From NCBI GenBank assembly GCA_963693365.1, contig CAVNZM010000002.1, positions 12,208,328 to 12,272,327 of the forward strand: a stretch of DNA of 64,000 nucleotides, read 5' to 3'. Source of the stretch: Amoebidium appalachense. Lineage: Eukaryota; Protista; Ichthyosporea. This document shows, one piece after another, positions 1 through 11,870 of this stretch. Under the pieces are notes generated by a model. That model was not told the DNA's origin. It saw nothing but the letters and a program-made list of their open reading frames with translations, and ran no database searches. Each line of letters begins with the position of its first letter. Position 1 is the first letter of the stretch. The translations under genes were made by a program, and so were the position numbers.

Positions 1-155
1 CCCCCGGGTACCGGCTCCCGCTCCCCCTCTTCATCTCTGTGCACCCGCTCCCCCTCTTCCTCTCTGTTCTTCCCCACTTCCTCCGCCCGGGTGAACAACA
101 CGATTGTGCGCTCACGTACACGCGTGCACACACACACACGTTTGAAAGCACGTAT

Positions 156-195
<40 letters not shown>

Positions 196-727
196 ACACA
201 ATCTTCCACCCCTTCATGCTTTCTGCTTGACTTTTTCCTCTTGTCTCGTCAACCACTTCCCTCTCTTTCTCCTTCGCCTCATTCCCTTAAGCCCCCTCCA
301 CGCTTGTTTCATCACACCACCCTAACCTTTTTGGTAATGTACTCTTCCTCAGTCAGTTCACTCCATATCATTTCTTTCTCTAAGCGCCTATCAATACTTT
401 TCACATAAACATTTATCATTCACACACGATGTCATCTCTCATGAGTGTTTAATTTCCTTTATGCTTCCCTGTTTCTTGCCTGAAATCTTCCTCTCCGCCT
501 TGTGCAAGCTAAAACTCCGGGGGGGAAGGGGGGTAAGGGGGGGGGGAGCAAGGGGGAGGAAGGGGGTGTTACACTTTGAGGTACAAAACGTATATTGAGA
601 AAGGGGGGGGGGGGGGGGGGGGGGGTGGAGGAGGGGGTCGCAAGGGTCGGGTGGGGGGGATGGGGAGAGAGCGGCGGGGGGGGGGGGGGGAAGGGGGGGG
701 GGGGGGGGGGGGGGGGGGGCTGCCTAC

Positions 728-796
728 CAACATAGAAAGCACTTTGCTCCCCTTTGATTCCTTGGCAGGAGCTTTTGCCTTTGCAGCTTTTGCCAT
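728..796 (-). CDS. Possible first coding exon of a gene running off the left edge (MAKAAKAKAPAKESKGSKVLSML)
   Basis: AAAAA-ATGG start context, 23 codons, then GTAGGC donor-like site followed by poly-C. Downstream exons not identified. The Lys/Ala-rich N-terminus is loosely reminiscent of myosin regulatory light chain or histone tails but is not diagnostic. Confidence 0.3.
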
Positions 797-1455
797 TTTT
801 TTCCGGCTGGCGTCTATCTTTCACAGAGGCAAGTTGAACGTACACTTTCTCAGGTGTGGGCGAGAACGTATGAGAAATACCTCGTAAGATGAGGGAATGT
901 GAACAACGTTAGCTTGAATTAAGCGGGGGCTTGTTTTGTTTTGCGTTGTGCTGAAGATGAGAAACGACAGCCGAACACAGAGGTTGTATATTCACTGCAG
1001 ATATGCGCGATGGTTAAGTTCTTAACCTCTCCTTGTTGTTTCACTAGAAAAGGTGCTTGTTTTTCTAATAACGTCTTTTCTATTTCCTTTTCACTTGCCA
1101 AGAACGACCGGTCGTGCTGACCGTCGAGTGGGCTGGGGCTGCCGGGTGGCATTCACATGCTGTGTTTTTTGCGCGCCAAAACAACATTGGTCGCCAATCA
1201 AAGTAGACGTTGCAAATTTACAAGATTTACAGTCCCACTATCCTTCGTATATCTCACGTGGTCTACTTCAAATGTGCATTGCAGCACATCTCCGAAGCCC
1301 GGCTCGAGGACTGGTAACGCTTCTTTCTTGCTTTGCGATTAGCTGCAACATAAAATGCCCCACACTTGTAAGATGCTTCTAAGTGCGGAACTTTATATGC
1401 ATATGAGCTCGTTTTCTTTAACTCATGAGGAGAGTGGCTTGGACCATAATTCATC

Positions 1456-1535
<80 letters not shown>

Positions 1536-1711
1536 TACTGAATCTCAACGTGTGAAACAGCATTTGTATGCCTGTTCATCATGAATAGGAAGAAGGCAGA
1601 TTGGGGGGCCGGGAGGGGGAGATGTTTTTCGAAGTTCCATTCTGCTTCTCTCTTCGAACATGTACATGCTTTCCCCTCCTTCCCCCCCCCCCCCCCCCCC
1701 CCCCACCTCTA

Positions 1712-2043
1712 GGGCCCAACCACATCAGCTGATTCAACTTGCTCCGAGCAGAATTGTTCCGCAAAAAGCAGAATTATTCTGCAAAAAGCAAAAGCAGAAT
1801 CGATCTCCTAAAAGCAGAATTATTCTGCAAAAGCAGAATCAATCTGCTAAAAGCAGAATCAATCTGCTGAAAGCAGAATTATTTTGCCAAAAGCAGGATT
1901 ATTCTGCTGTCGAAAGCAGAATGATTCTGCTTTTGCAGAATAATTCAGCTTTTTGCAGAATAATTCTGCTTTTTGCAGAATAATCCGCTTTTGCAGAATA
2001 ATTCTGCTTTTTGCAAGTTGACTCTGCCGATGTGGTTGGGTCC
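1712..2043. mobile_element. Foldback MITE, copy 1 (~330 bp)
   Basis: Imperfect ~30-bp TIRs: GGGCCCAACCACATCAGCTGATTCAACTTGC ... GCAAGTTGACTCTGCCGATGTGGTTGGGTCC. Interior made of palindromic GCAGAAT(T/A)ATTCTGC units, with AAAAGCAGAA in the left half and TTCTGCTTTT in the right half. Second copy at 10396-10734. Confidence 0.85.
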
Positions 2044-2109
2044 TTCCTCTCACCCCACCCCCTCCTCCCTCTCTCTCGCTCAAGTCTCTCTCACGGGCAC
2101 ACACACACG

Positions 2110-2432
<323 letters not shown>

Positions 2433-3071
2433 TTTGTGTGTGTGGAAGAAAGGGAGATGTGGGGTGGAGGGGGTGGGAGGGGATGCGTCGGGAAGTGTGT
2501 ACAAATACGGTTAGGATTGTTAATGGGTGTTGGCTAGCTAACAAAACCGTAGCACCCTAGCTAGAGTACGTCGGTGCTGGGTGGAAGACGGTAGTTCCCC
2601 ATGAGGGCCCCAAGGGGTCTCTCCGGGAGCAAAACGGGATAAGATAGGATGTGTCGGGAGGGGAGAGGGGGTGGGAGTGGAGGTTATGTGTGACCGCGAG
2701 AGGAAGGGGGGACGGTAAAAAAACTGATAAATTCCAAACAAGCACACCAGAGTTTCATTGCTTCTCAACTATGCACTCGAAAAATACACACACACAGTCC
2801 TTGTCCTTGCCCTTTGCCTATTTCATCACGCTCAAAGGTGGGAAAGAAAAAAAAAGAAAAAAAAAAAGACCGTATTTGTGGCCACGGTAGATTTATTTAC
2901 TTCGTGGCCGGCGACTGTTGCAAGATGTGAGGAGAGAATGAAAAGCAAAAGAAAACAAGACTGAAGGAGATACCGATGTGGGTGGAGTTGGAAGGAGGGG
3001 TTGGGTGGGGGTTGGGGGGGGGGGGGGGGGGGTTTGAGGGGGCAGGGGTGTGGTGGTGGTGGTGGTTGTGG

Positions 3072-3105
<34 letters not shown>

Positions 3106-3599
3106 CGTCGTCAATGAATCTTCCGCGGCAGGAAAGTTTTAGGACTTTGCAACGTGGCAAGGCAGATGGGGAACAGGCTAAAAATGAAACCAAAATTTAA
3201 TGCACACGAATACTTGTTTAAACCGTCTTCGTTTTTCTGTATTAGGTTATTTAGCGCTACGCGTACGTGTTTCTTTACCCCTATGTGGTTATTGTCGAGT
3301 ATGTACATGATACGCGAGCTATACATAAAATCTCTGGCTTCGAAATCTCTTCTTCGAAACATATTGAAATGCAGGTCTAAGCCGGTCACCTATCAGTACG
3401 TATTCTATGTATAGCATCATGGCAGTTAAGTACATCCAAGTTTTACAATTGCCATTTGACGATACAATGTTGGCATCTGTACATATTGCTTTACATGGCA
3501 TCCACTAGATCTAGATGCAACAAAGTTGGAGTAGCATATGAGCCGATTACACTCGCTGTTGGTGATATTGGAGTATTTGAACATTTTACAGTAACGGTT

Positions 3600-4454
3600 C
3601 TACACACTCACAAACAGCTCTGCGCCCGTGGCCGGCACGTTGTCGCCAAACAAGACACTACCGGGCCGCACCAGATCCAGCCGGGCGCTGGGCACGTGCA
3701 GCGTGGCGTAGGAGCTCGCAGCGTGCAGCAGCAGCGAACTGCGGTCCAGGCCGCCCTCCCGCACGAGCCACTTGCTGTCCTTGACGAACCGCGCCAGCCC
3801 GCCCACCACGGCAGCCTTGTCCTCGGTGGGGAAGTGCGTCATGATGCCGGCCACGGTCAGCCCGGGCAGCTCGAGCATCTCCAGCGCATCGGCCCTGCCC
3901 TGCTCGCTGCGCACATCCAGCCACCTCTGCATGCCGCCCGACGCCAAGGCCACGTGCACAGCCACGGTGCGGTTGTGCTGCTGCGCCGTGTCCGACACCT
4001 GCTGGGCTCCCTCCAGGCTGGCCACAAGCTCGTCGACACCGAGGCCCAGCCCACACTCGACCTCGTCGCTAGTGGCGGGGCGGAGGCGAATGATGCGGCC
4101 CGTGAAGTTGCCTGCACGCACAGCACGGGCCTCTGCGTTGGTGGCCACACCCACACAGGTGATGTCTGCGTCGATGATGGCCGGCAGCATGGCTTCGATG
4201 CCACGCCCATAGGCGTCATGCTTGAGGGCCGGGCAGACGTCGACCACGGGGCCAGCGTCACCAAGTATGTCTTTGAGCGTGTCAATGTTCTGTGCCAACG
4301 CAGTGACGTTGGGCTGCAGGCCAGTGCCGGCACAGGGAAATGAGGGCGAGGAGGAAGCAGTGGGCGCAGCAAAGCCGGCAGTTGCGGCCAAAACAAGGCC
4401 AAGGACAGCGGGAAGGAGTGTGCCGGCGGGACTGGATGCACTGTAGCGGGCCAT
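3600..4454 (-). CDS. Secreted broad-spectrum amino-acid racemase-like protein (alanine racemase family, N-terminal PLP barrel only), copy 1, 284 aa
   Basis: ATG at 4454 in AAAA-ATGG context. Hydrophobic leader (LLPAVLGLVLAATAGFA). Motifs CPALKHDAYG (PLP lysine), CVGVATNAEARAVR, VHVALASGGMQR, GIMTHF and HAASSYAT..RLDLVRPG match proteobacterial Bsr enzymes such as Vibrio BsrV as I recall them. Stops right after the barrel. Intronless and GC-rich. Confidence 0.9.
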   Translation of the reverse strand: MARYSASSPAGTLLPAVLGLVLAATAGFAAPTASSSPSFPCAGTGLQPNVTALAQNIDTLKDILGDAGPVVDVCPALKHDAYGRGIEAMLPAIIDADITCVGVATNAEARAVRAGNFTGRIIRLRPATSDEVECGLGLGVDELVASLEGAQQVSDTAQQHNRTVAVHVALASGGMQRWLDVRSEQGRADALEMLELPGLTVAGIMTHFPTEDKAAVVGGLARFVKDSKWLVREGGLDRSSLLLHAASSYATLHVPSARLDLVRPGSVLFGDNVPATGAELFVSV

Positions 4455-5092
4455 TTTTGCGTAAACGTAGAGGGTGAAGGTGAAATACTGAGACATGGAG
4501 CTGGGCTTGTATATTAAATCGAGGGAAGACGCTGATGACTGTGGGTTTTGATCAGTAGCTGTAGGCTCGAGAGAAGGACTGAATCGATCAGGCTGATCGT
4601 AGTTGGCATTTTATATGCTTCTCGGCGAAAACGGGTATCCAATCATGTCAAGAGATCTGTTACATTGTTTACATTCCGAGATGTCGAGTTAAAAGCTAAA
4701 AATAGCACAACCTCTGGCTCCCCCTGAGGGTGTGAAAGCAGACCATAGCCCCAAGTGTATTTTTAACCCATTATATTCTTTAATGTAACAAAGGGCCACG
4801 GATGAGGATTTCTGCCTCTTCTACCTTTCCACAGATAATCACCTTTTTATGTGTACTGGTGTTGGTGTGCGCAGTGTGCCATTTCCCGCCATGTTGTTTG
4901 CCGGTGGAATTTTGGCAGGAATGTGATGTGGTTCACTCCCATTGGGCCCACCAAGCTGCCTGGTGATTGGCCCAGAAGTTCGCTGGCAGGGTTCGATTTT
5001 CATTTTCGAATTATTGGGGGGGCCAACTGGTACTTCGGTAATCGCCAAAAAAACTTTGGTAAAACCCTCGATCCACTAGTCGATCGTTCCCG

Positions 5093-5169
<77 letters not shown>

Positions 5170-5474
5170 CTCGAGGTCCGGACCGTGCGCCCCATGATGC
5201 CCCCATCCCGGGCCCCCGGCCGGCCCCTCACGGGCCCACTTCCGGATCGATATCCTGGCAACCGGCCACTAAGTAAGCCTATCTGCGCACTCTTCGCCAA
5301 AGAACAACACGCTTCCGGGGAGGAAGGGAGGGAGGGGGGAGGGGGGGGAGGGGGTAGGCAAGGGGGGGGAGGGGAAGGGAGGGGGGAGGGGGGGGGAGAG
5401 GGGGGGGGGGGGGGGTACACGTGCATCAGGCTGATCATGGTGTGACTCTTGGGCACGGCCATCTAGAAACACCC

Positions 5475-7936
5475 CAGGGGTTGCCTTACGAATCGTATTG
5501 ACCCAAAATACGATTTAGAAAATCCCGCAATACGATTAAAAGGGGGCATCCAAATAGTAAATACGACCCTGAAGGGTGTCAAAATGCTCGGAATTTGCCT
5601 AAATACGATTATCCCGATGCTCTCTTGTTACCAAACACCACTCCCGCTAGACTAGGTGAACCCCTGTCTCAAAAGGAAAGCTTGCGCCGGCTTGCTAGTA
5701 TGAATCGATTTGGCCCCCCTGCTCGTATTATTGGTGATACCACTGGAGACCCCCTCATAGACTCTGATAAGTATTTCTCGGAACTGTTTAAAGATAGGAC
5801 CCCCGCTCAGAAACCTATTGTGTGGCCTGTAGACCCATCTATCCCCATAGAATCGATCCTCCCCTTTTTCAGTCCCGATGCCATATGGTCTGTGATATCT
5901 AGTTATAGCTCTAGTAAGTCTTGTGGACCTGATGGACTCCCTGCTGGGTTTCTTAAAATCCTTGTTCCCTCCTACCCACAAAAGGAAAGTGATCGTGCTA
6001 TTAAACCTGATCTTACTATCATGTTAAGCTCTCTCTTTTCTTGGTGTGTTAAATGTGGACATGTCCCGTCATCTTGGTTAGATACCTTAGTGATCCCCAT
6101 AGTTAAGAAGGACTCTGAGGGCCCCATATCATCCTTTCGCCCCATTACACTAACCCAGGTTGTTCGTAGATTCTTTGAAGCTTGCTTACTTAGGTTATTT
6201 GCACATCACCCTAGGTTTCAATCTATTCTTCACATACACCCATGCCAATCCGCTTTTCGTAAAAACAATTCATGTTATGTTCAAATAATGGCACTGCACG
6301 ATTCTATGCAAGTTGGTGCACAATATGTTGGCTTTATTGATTGGAAAACTGCTTACGATTCTGTCTCCCCTGGTCTCCTATGGGAAAAGCTTGCTGCACG
6401 GGGTGTACCACACTGCATTGGTGTTCTGTTAGAAGCACTCTTGTCTCAAACCTATGGTAGAGCTGTGGTTAATGGGCATCTTTCATATGGTTTTGCTCGT
6501 ACTAGAGGTCTCTTGCAGGGTTCATTGCTTAGCCCCTTTTTGTTTAACCTATTTATAGATGATTTGGCTGTCAAGATTTACGCCGAAAACGATGACCCTA
6601 TTAATAACTTTCCGCCTGCACTTCTCTATGCTGATGATCTGTCCCTCCTTGCCCGTACCCCTAGACGCCTGCAAAGATTGTTCGATGTAGTGTCAGAGTG
6701 GTGCAAGGCAAACCTTATGATCCTTAACATAGACAAATGTGGTGTTCTTGTACCTGATATAGCTAACAATTTACACACATTTACATTATCATCTAAACCT
6801 GTACCTATAGTTCCAGAATACAAATATCTTGGTGTTCCGGTTGATTCTGTTGGTGTTATGTTTCCCCATATGGTCGAAAAGAGGGTAGAGTTGGCTCGTA
6901 AGCGGTTAGCTTTCTTCTCGGCTAATATTTTTAAAGACACACCCCTCCATCCTTCTATTAGACTTACATTTATTCGCACTTTTGTCTTCCCGGCATGTGA
7001 ATATGGTTTACCCCTTCTCGCCGCTTGGATCAAGAAAGAGAGAACTAGAGCGCTTAAACCCTTGGCAAATTTCCTTGAAGCAGAAGTTGCCTCCTTTCTA
7101 TCTAACAAATGTTGTAAACCTGGGCCTGTAACGCTCTCGATATATGGTCTGGTCCCAATAGCTGCTAGAGTATCCTATCTCGCGCTGAAATTCAATAAGC
7201 ACATAAGCCGCTTAAAGAAGTATTTGCCCTCCCACCCTCTCTTCTCTATCCGACCTGTCCCCTCCTCACCTCTCCCCTCTTTCCTCCCCTCTCTCTCCCC
7301 TTCTCCCCTGGGCACAAATACAAATAAACCCCGCAATAGTGTGTGTGTGACTTTGGACTGCCACTTACTTATTAAACATGTACACAATCACAAGATAATC
7401 ACGCAATATAACAAATGGAAAAAGATACCACACGACACTAGACCCGATGAAAGCATACACCTTGAAAAACTAAGCCTTATGTCTCGTTTTATATATACTG
7501 ACCGCCTCAACCATATTGCCAAATATGGCACTCGCAAGTGTATAACACCTAAATACATATTACCTTCCTGTAGAACTGGTCTTTCTCTAGCTGATGGTAT
7601 TATTGATCAATTACCACGCTTTTACTGTACACGTGCTATACAGTGGAGATCTAATAAGTATAAGGTGGCATCATTTGCATGCCCAAACAACACACACACA
7701 CACCAGTTTAACCGGTCATGTATCGCCAAATGTAGTTTGATAGACCACATAATACCGCAACACACACACGTCACATTCACAACAGACACCCAGAAAGATA
7801 GCCTACCTGTAAATTACAACATCCTTGATTTTATACTAAACACGCGTAACTACGACCTGTTTATTAGATGTATTGATTGGCTTGAGAAACACATCACTAC
7901 AAAATTATAGCGCACGCGCACACACACACACAAACA

Positions 7937-7985
<49 letters not shown>

Positions 7986-8018
7986 CCAGCTGATACCGAG
8001 TGTCCCGAGGGGAGCCCC

Positions 8019-8063
<45 letters not shown>

Positions 8064-8298
8064 GGGGAACCCCAACTAATTGATTTCTCCTTGTAGTCTT
8101 TATGGTGTCTCGTAGAGAAAGTAAACCCTGATATATAGTCACCACCCGACATCTATGTACGTGATCATGATATACCGCTGAGGGGATATTCCGAGCAAAA
8201 CCCCCCCCCCCATACCTGAGACTGGTTCTCTTTGCCTCGAGTAAACAGCGTAAACCCCCCCCAATACGATTAAGAGCGCCAAACCCAGGCAACCCCTG
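5475..8298. mobile_element. TIR-bounded element (hAT-like CAGGG termini) containing an RT ORF
   Basis: Perfect 12-bp inverted repeat CAGGGGTTGCCT (5475-5486) / AGGCAACCCCTG (8287-8298). Further inverted subterminal matches AATCGTATTG 5491 / CAATACGATT 8262 and TGCTCGGAAT 5585 / ATTCCGAGCA 8188. Repeated AATACGA motif near the ends. No clear TSD. Confidence 0.6.
5595..8062 (+). mobile_element. Non-LTR retrotransposon (LINE), apparently 5'-truncated; RT ORF 5595-7910 (771 aa), (CA)n 3' region and poly-A 8023-8062
   Basis: KSCGPDG, IPIVKK..FRPITL, FIDWKTAYDSV, GLLQGSLLSPFLFNLFIDDL, YADD and YKYLG motifs in one open frame. Cys-containing C-terminal domain. No endonuclease domain or upstream ATG seen. 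Confidence 0.92.
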
Positions 8299-8603
8299 TG
8301 CTAAACAAACGTACATTCGCGATACGATTGGTTATGCAATTTATCCGGTTGAGCAAACACGATTGGATCGCTGTTTTGACGGAAAGTATAAAAACGAACT
8401 CGGACGGGTCGCCAAACAAACCACACTCAGTCACTCACTCAGGACGCAAACCGACACCTGTTCCGAAATCAAAAGCGATCACAGCATACAGTACGAGCAT
8501 GCCCCAGAGCATAGCTACGCACAGTCATCAGCGTCTTCCCTCGATCTACAAGCCCAGCTCCATCTCCCAGTATCGCATCCTCACCCTCTACGTTTACGCA
8601 AAA

Positions 8604-9452
8604 ATGGCCCGCTACAGTGCATCCAGTCCCGCCGGCACACTCCTTCCCGCCGTCCTTGGCCTTGTTTTGGCCGCAACTGCCGCCTTTGCTGCACCCACCG
8701 CTTCCTTCTCGCCCTCAGTTTCCTGTGCCGGCACTGGCCTACAGCCCAACGTCACCGCATTTGCACAGAACATTGACACGCTCAAAGACATACTTGGTGA
8801 CGCTGGCCCCGTGGTCTGCCCCGCCCTCAAGCACGACGCCTACGGGCGTGGCATCGAAGCCGTGCTGCCGGCCATCATCGACGCAGACATCACCTGTGTC
8901 GGGGTGGCCACCAACGCGGAGGCCCGCGCTGTGCGTGCCGGCAACTTCACGGGCCGCATCATCCGCCTCCGCCCCGCCACTGGCGACGAGGTCGAGTGTG
9001 GACTGGGCCTCGGTGTCGACGAGCTTGTGGCCAGCCTGGAGGGAGCCCAGCAGGTGTCGGACGCGGCGCAGCGGCACAACTGCACCGTCGCTGTGCACGT
9101 GGCCTTGGCGTCGGGCGGCATGCAGAGGTGGCTGGATGTGCGCAGCGAGCAGGGCAGGGCCGATGCGCTGGAGATGCTCAAGCTGCCCGGGCTGACCGTG
9201 GCCGGCATCATGACGCACTTCCCCACCGAGGACAAGTCTGCCGTGGTGGGCGGGCTGGCGCGGTTCGTCAAGGACAGCAAGTGGCTCGTGCGGGAGGGCG
9301 GCCTGGACCGCAGTGCGCTGCTGCTGCACGCTGCGAGCTCCTACGCCACGTTGGACGTGCCCAGCGCCCGGCTGGATCTGGTGCGGCCCGGCAGTGTCCT
9401 GTTTGGCGACAACGTGCCCACCACGGACGCACAGCTGTTTGTGATAGTGTAG
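8604..9452 (+). CDS. Secreted broad-spectrum racemase-like protein (N-terminal PLP barrel only), copy 2, 282 aa
   Basis: Inverted near-identical paralog of 3600-4454, with a 2-aa deletion (GPVVCP vs GPVVDVCP) and scattered substitutions. Same start context and same stop position. Confidence 0.9.
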   Translation: MARYSASSPAGTLLPAVLGLVLAATAAFAAPTASFSPSVSCAGTGLQPNVTAFAQNIDTLKDILGDAGPVVCPALKHDAYGRGIEAVLPAIIDADITCVGVATNAEARAVRAGNFTGRIIRLRPATGDEVECGLGLGVDELVASLEGAQQVSDAAQRHNCTVAVHVALASGGMQRWLDVRSEQGRADALEMLKLPGLTVAGIMTHFPTEDKSAVVGGLARFVKDSKWLVREGGLDRSALLLHAASSYATLDVPSARLDLVRPGSVLFGDNVPTTDAQLFVIV

Positions 9453-10395
9453 CATGAACGATAGCCCCATCGGCTACTGTTTTAATAGTTGGCATGCAAG
9501 AATCATTCGCACCTGTACAGAGAAAGCTTTGATCGATAGTCGGCAGTACTGTAAACTTACTATATATGCATATAAATGGGGTGTGCACTTAGTGAGTAGA
9601 AAAAAAAATTAATGCTCTATTATAAAAGAGTATATAGTAATGCACAGAAGGTTTAAATACAGAGATACAAATCATGTCATAATTCAGTGATTCAACTAAG
9701 TTTAATATGCGAGTTGAAACCACATGCGTCTAGTGCTGGTGCACACACTGTAAATAAACACCTGAGACCTACAAAACTTCTGCAGCTGGATCACCAACTT
9801 TTGGAAGGATGTGGCATGCGCGCCCTACGCCGGTTCGATCCATATAAGGAAACTGTAAAAAAAACCCGTTTTATCGAACGGAGCCCCTACGTACGCGTGC
9901 TACAAGTAAGCCTCAGAGGGAAGGAAGATCGCGATTGCGAGGGGTGGGGATGGGTTGGGGAGGGGAGAAGGGGGGGGGGGGGGGGGGGGGGGGGGGGAGG
10001 GGGCGAGGGGGAGGTGTTCAGGAGGGGGGGGAAGGGATTCCCGGAGTGTGTAGCCTAACATTTTCTCATAACGCTGGCTAATTGTTGGCTAAACTTCAAT
10101 GTTTACGACAGGGTTGAATCTGTAATCGCTGTAAGTGGGTGCCTCATGGATTGTTGATTTTGAAAGGGAATGGGGGTAGTGGTAATTATCAATACATTTA
10201 GGAGGAGGGAGAACCCGGCCGCCCCCACCCCTCCGGCTAGCAGGGGGAGGGAAGGGGGGGAGAGGGGACCCACCACCCACCGCGGAGTGGGTGGGTCCCC
10301 CCCCCCCCCCCCCCCCCCCCCCCCGGGGGGGGGGGGGGGGGGAGGGGGAGGGGAGGGGAACCCACCCACCCCACATGCTGCCATGACTATAGCAA

Positions 10396-10734
10396 GGACC
10401 CAACCACATCGATTGAGTCAACTTGCTCCGAGCAGAATAACTAAGTTCTGCAAAAAGCAGAATTAATCTGCCAAAAGCAGAATTATTCAGAAAAAGCAGA
10501 ACTATTCTGCAAAAGCAGAGTTATTAATTACTATTTTGCTAAAATTTAAAGCAGAATTGTTCTGCGAATAGCAGAAATATTCAGCAGAAGGCAGCATTAT
10601 TCTGCCTTTAGCACTGAATCCGCACTATACTGTAAGTTGAATATTCTGAATAATTCTGCTTTTGCAGAATAATGTAGCTTTTTGCAGAATAATTCTGTAC
10701 TTTGCAAGTTGACTCTGCCGATGTGGTTGAGCCC
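10396..10734. mobile_element. Foldback MITE, copy 2 (~340 bp), same orientation as copy 1
   Basis: GGACCCAACCACATCGATTGAGTCAACTTGCTCCGAGCAGAAT ... GCAAGTTGACTCTGCCGATGTGGTTGAGCCC with the same GCAGAAT/ATTCTGC interior units. Confidence 0.85.
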
Positions 10735-11550
10735 TATAATATAACCTGATGATGCATATAATAGTATCAAAATATCGCAGCGCATACGGGCAAAACGTAA
10801 ACATCGAAAGTTATTACTTGACCCCTTTGATTACCTGAATCTTAGCCTACACCTTCCGGTCATATACTCGAGCCCCTCCCCCCCCCCCCCCCCCCTCCCC
10901 CCCGCCCCGCGGGCCCCCCTCCCTCTCAAACTTTGCAGGCCTAGGCGCGACTCGCCTCCAGCCACTCAATGCGCTGTGCGGCACGGCCCTCACACACACT
11001 TTCACATGTTTTAGTTCACACGCACCTGCACACACAAGTACCACACATGCACACGAGGTGCACAAGCCAGCGATGCGCACATTGTAAAACATGAACATGA
11101 ATTTCAAGATACTAAGTGCAACACTCCGACAACACCACACTACACGTGCAGCATTCCACGCCACATCCGACACGCATACAAACACTGCAAGGTGAGTGCG
11201 TGCAAAATTTTATAGTGTAACGGCCGTTAATAGTTGACCGTTACGAATACACTGTCAGCCTTTGGTGGGTGGGAAAGAGATGTTTGGCCATCCGTGCACG
11301 TGGAGCTGTGGGGGGAGAGGGGGGGGGGACCAAACACCCCTCCGTCCCAGGTGGATCCTTCCCTGTGCCCCGGAGCTAAGGAGGTTGGAGGCCGGGAGGA
11401 CCCACCCACCCCTGCTGCCACCTTTCCGGGGGGGGAGGGGGGGGGAGACCCATCCACCCCACACATGAGCCAGATGGGTCTCCCCCCCTCCTCTCTCACC
11501 CCTCGAGGGGGAAGGGGGCACCATCAAGGAAGACGTCGATATTTACTACT

Positions 11551-11581
<31 letters not shown>

Positions 11582-11814
11582 CCCCCATTTCCGATGATGA
11601 TTTAAAAATCCGTTGCAGTATGGCTTTGTTGTGAAACCTGGAATCCAGTCAAGGTGCTGGAGGGATGCCGCCCCCCTCTCCCCCTCCCTACCTACCTCCC
11701 CCCTCTTCCTATCCCCCCCTTTACGCAAGAGTTGGAGGGATGGGTCCCCCCCTACACACAAAAACATATATATATAGATACATACATACATACATACATA
11801 CATATATGTATATG

Positions 11815-11870
<56 letters not shown>

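Noticed and set aside
569-796. Histone H2B-like look (K/A-rich tail plus FSIYVLYLKV)
   Set aside because: No histone-fold continuation (QVHPD, GISSKAM). The FSIY segment lies beyond a probable donor and poly-C.
3111-3545. Possible downstream exon of racemase copy 1 (VTGLDLHFNMF...) and a SYATPTLLHLDLV echo of the barrel motif
   Set aside because: No similarity to the racemase C-terminal domain and no counterpart after copy 2. The short motif echo is probably chance.
4800-5090. Possible decayed endonuclease/linker part of the LINE upstream of the TIR
   Set aside because: No convincing APE motifs (GDFN, SDH), and it is separated from the RT by poly-C/G and the TIR.
9787-9905. Exon-like segment (CAG...GTAAG; LDHQLLEGCGMRALRRFDPY...)
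   Set aside because: No recognisable domain or partner exons.
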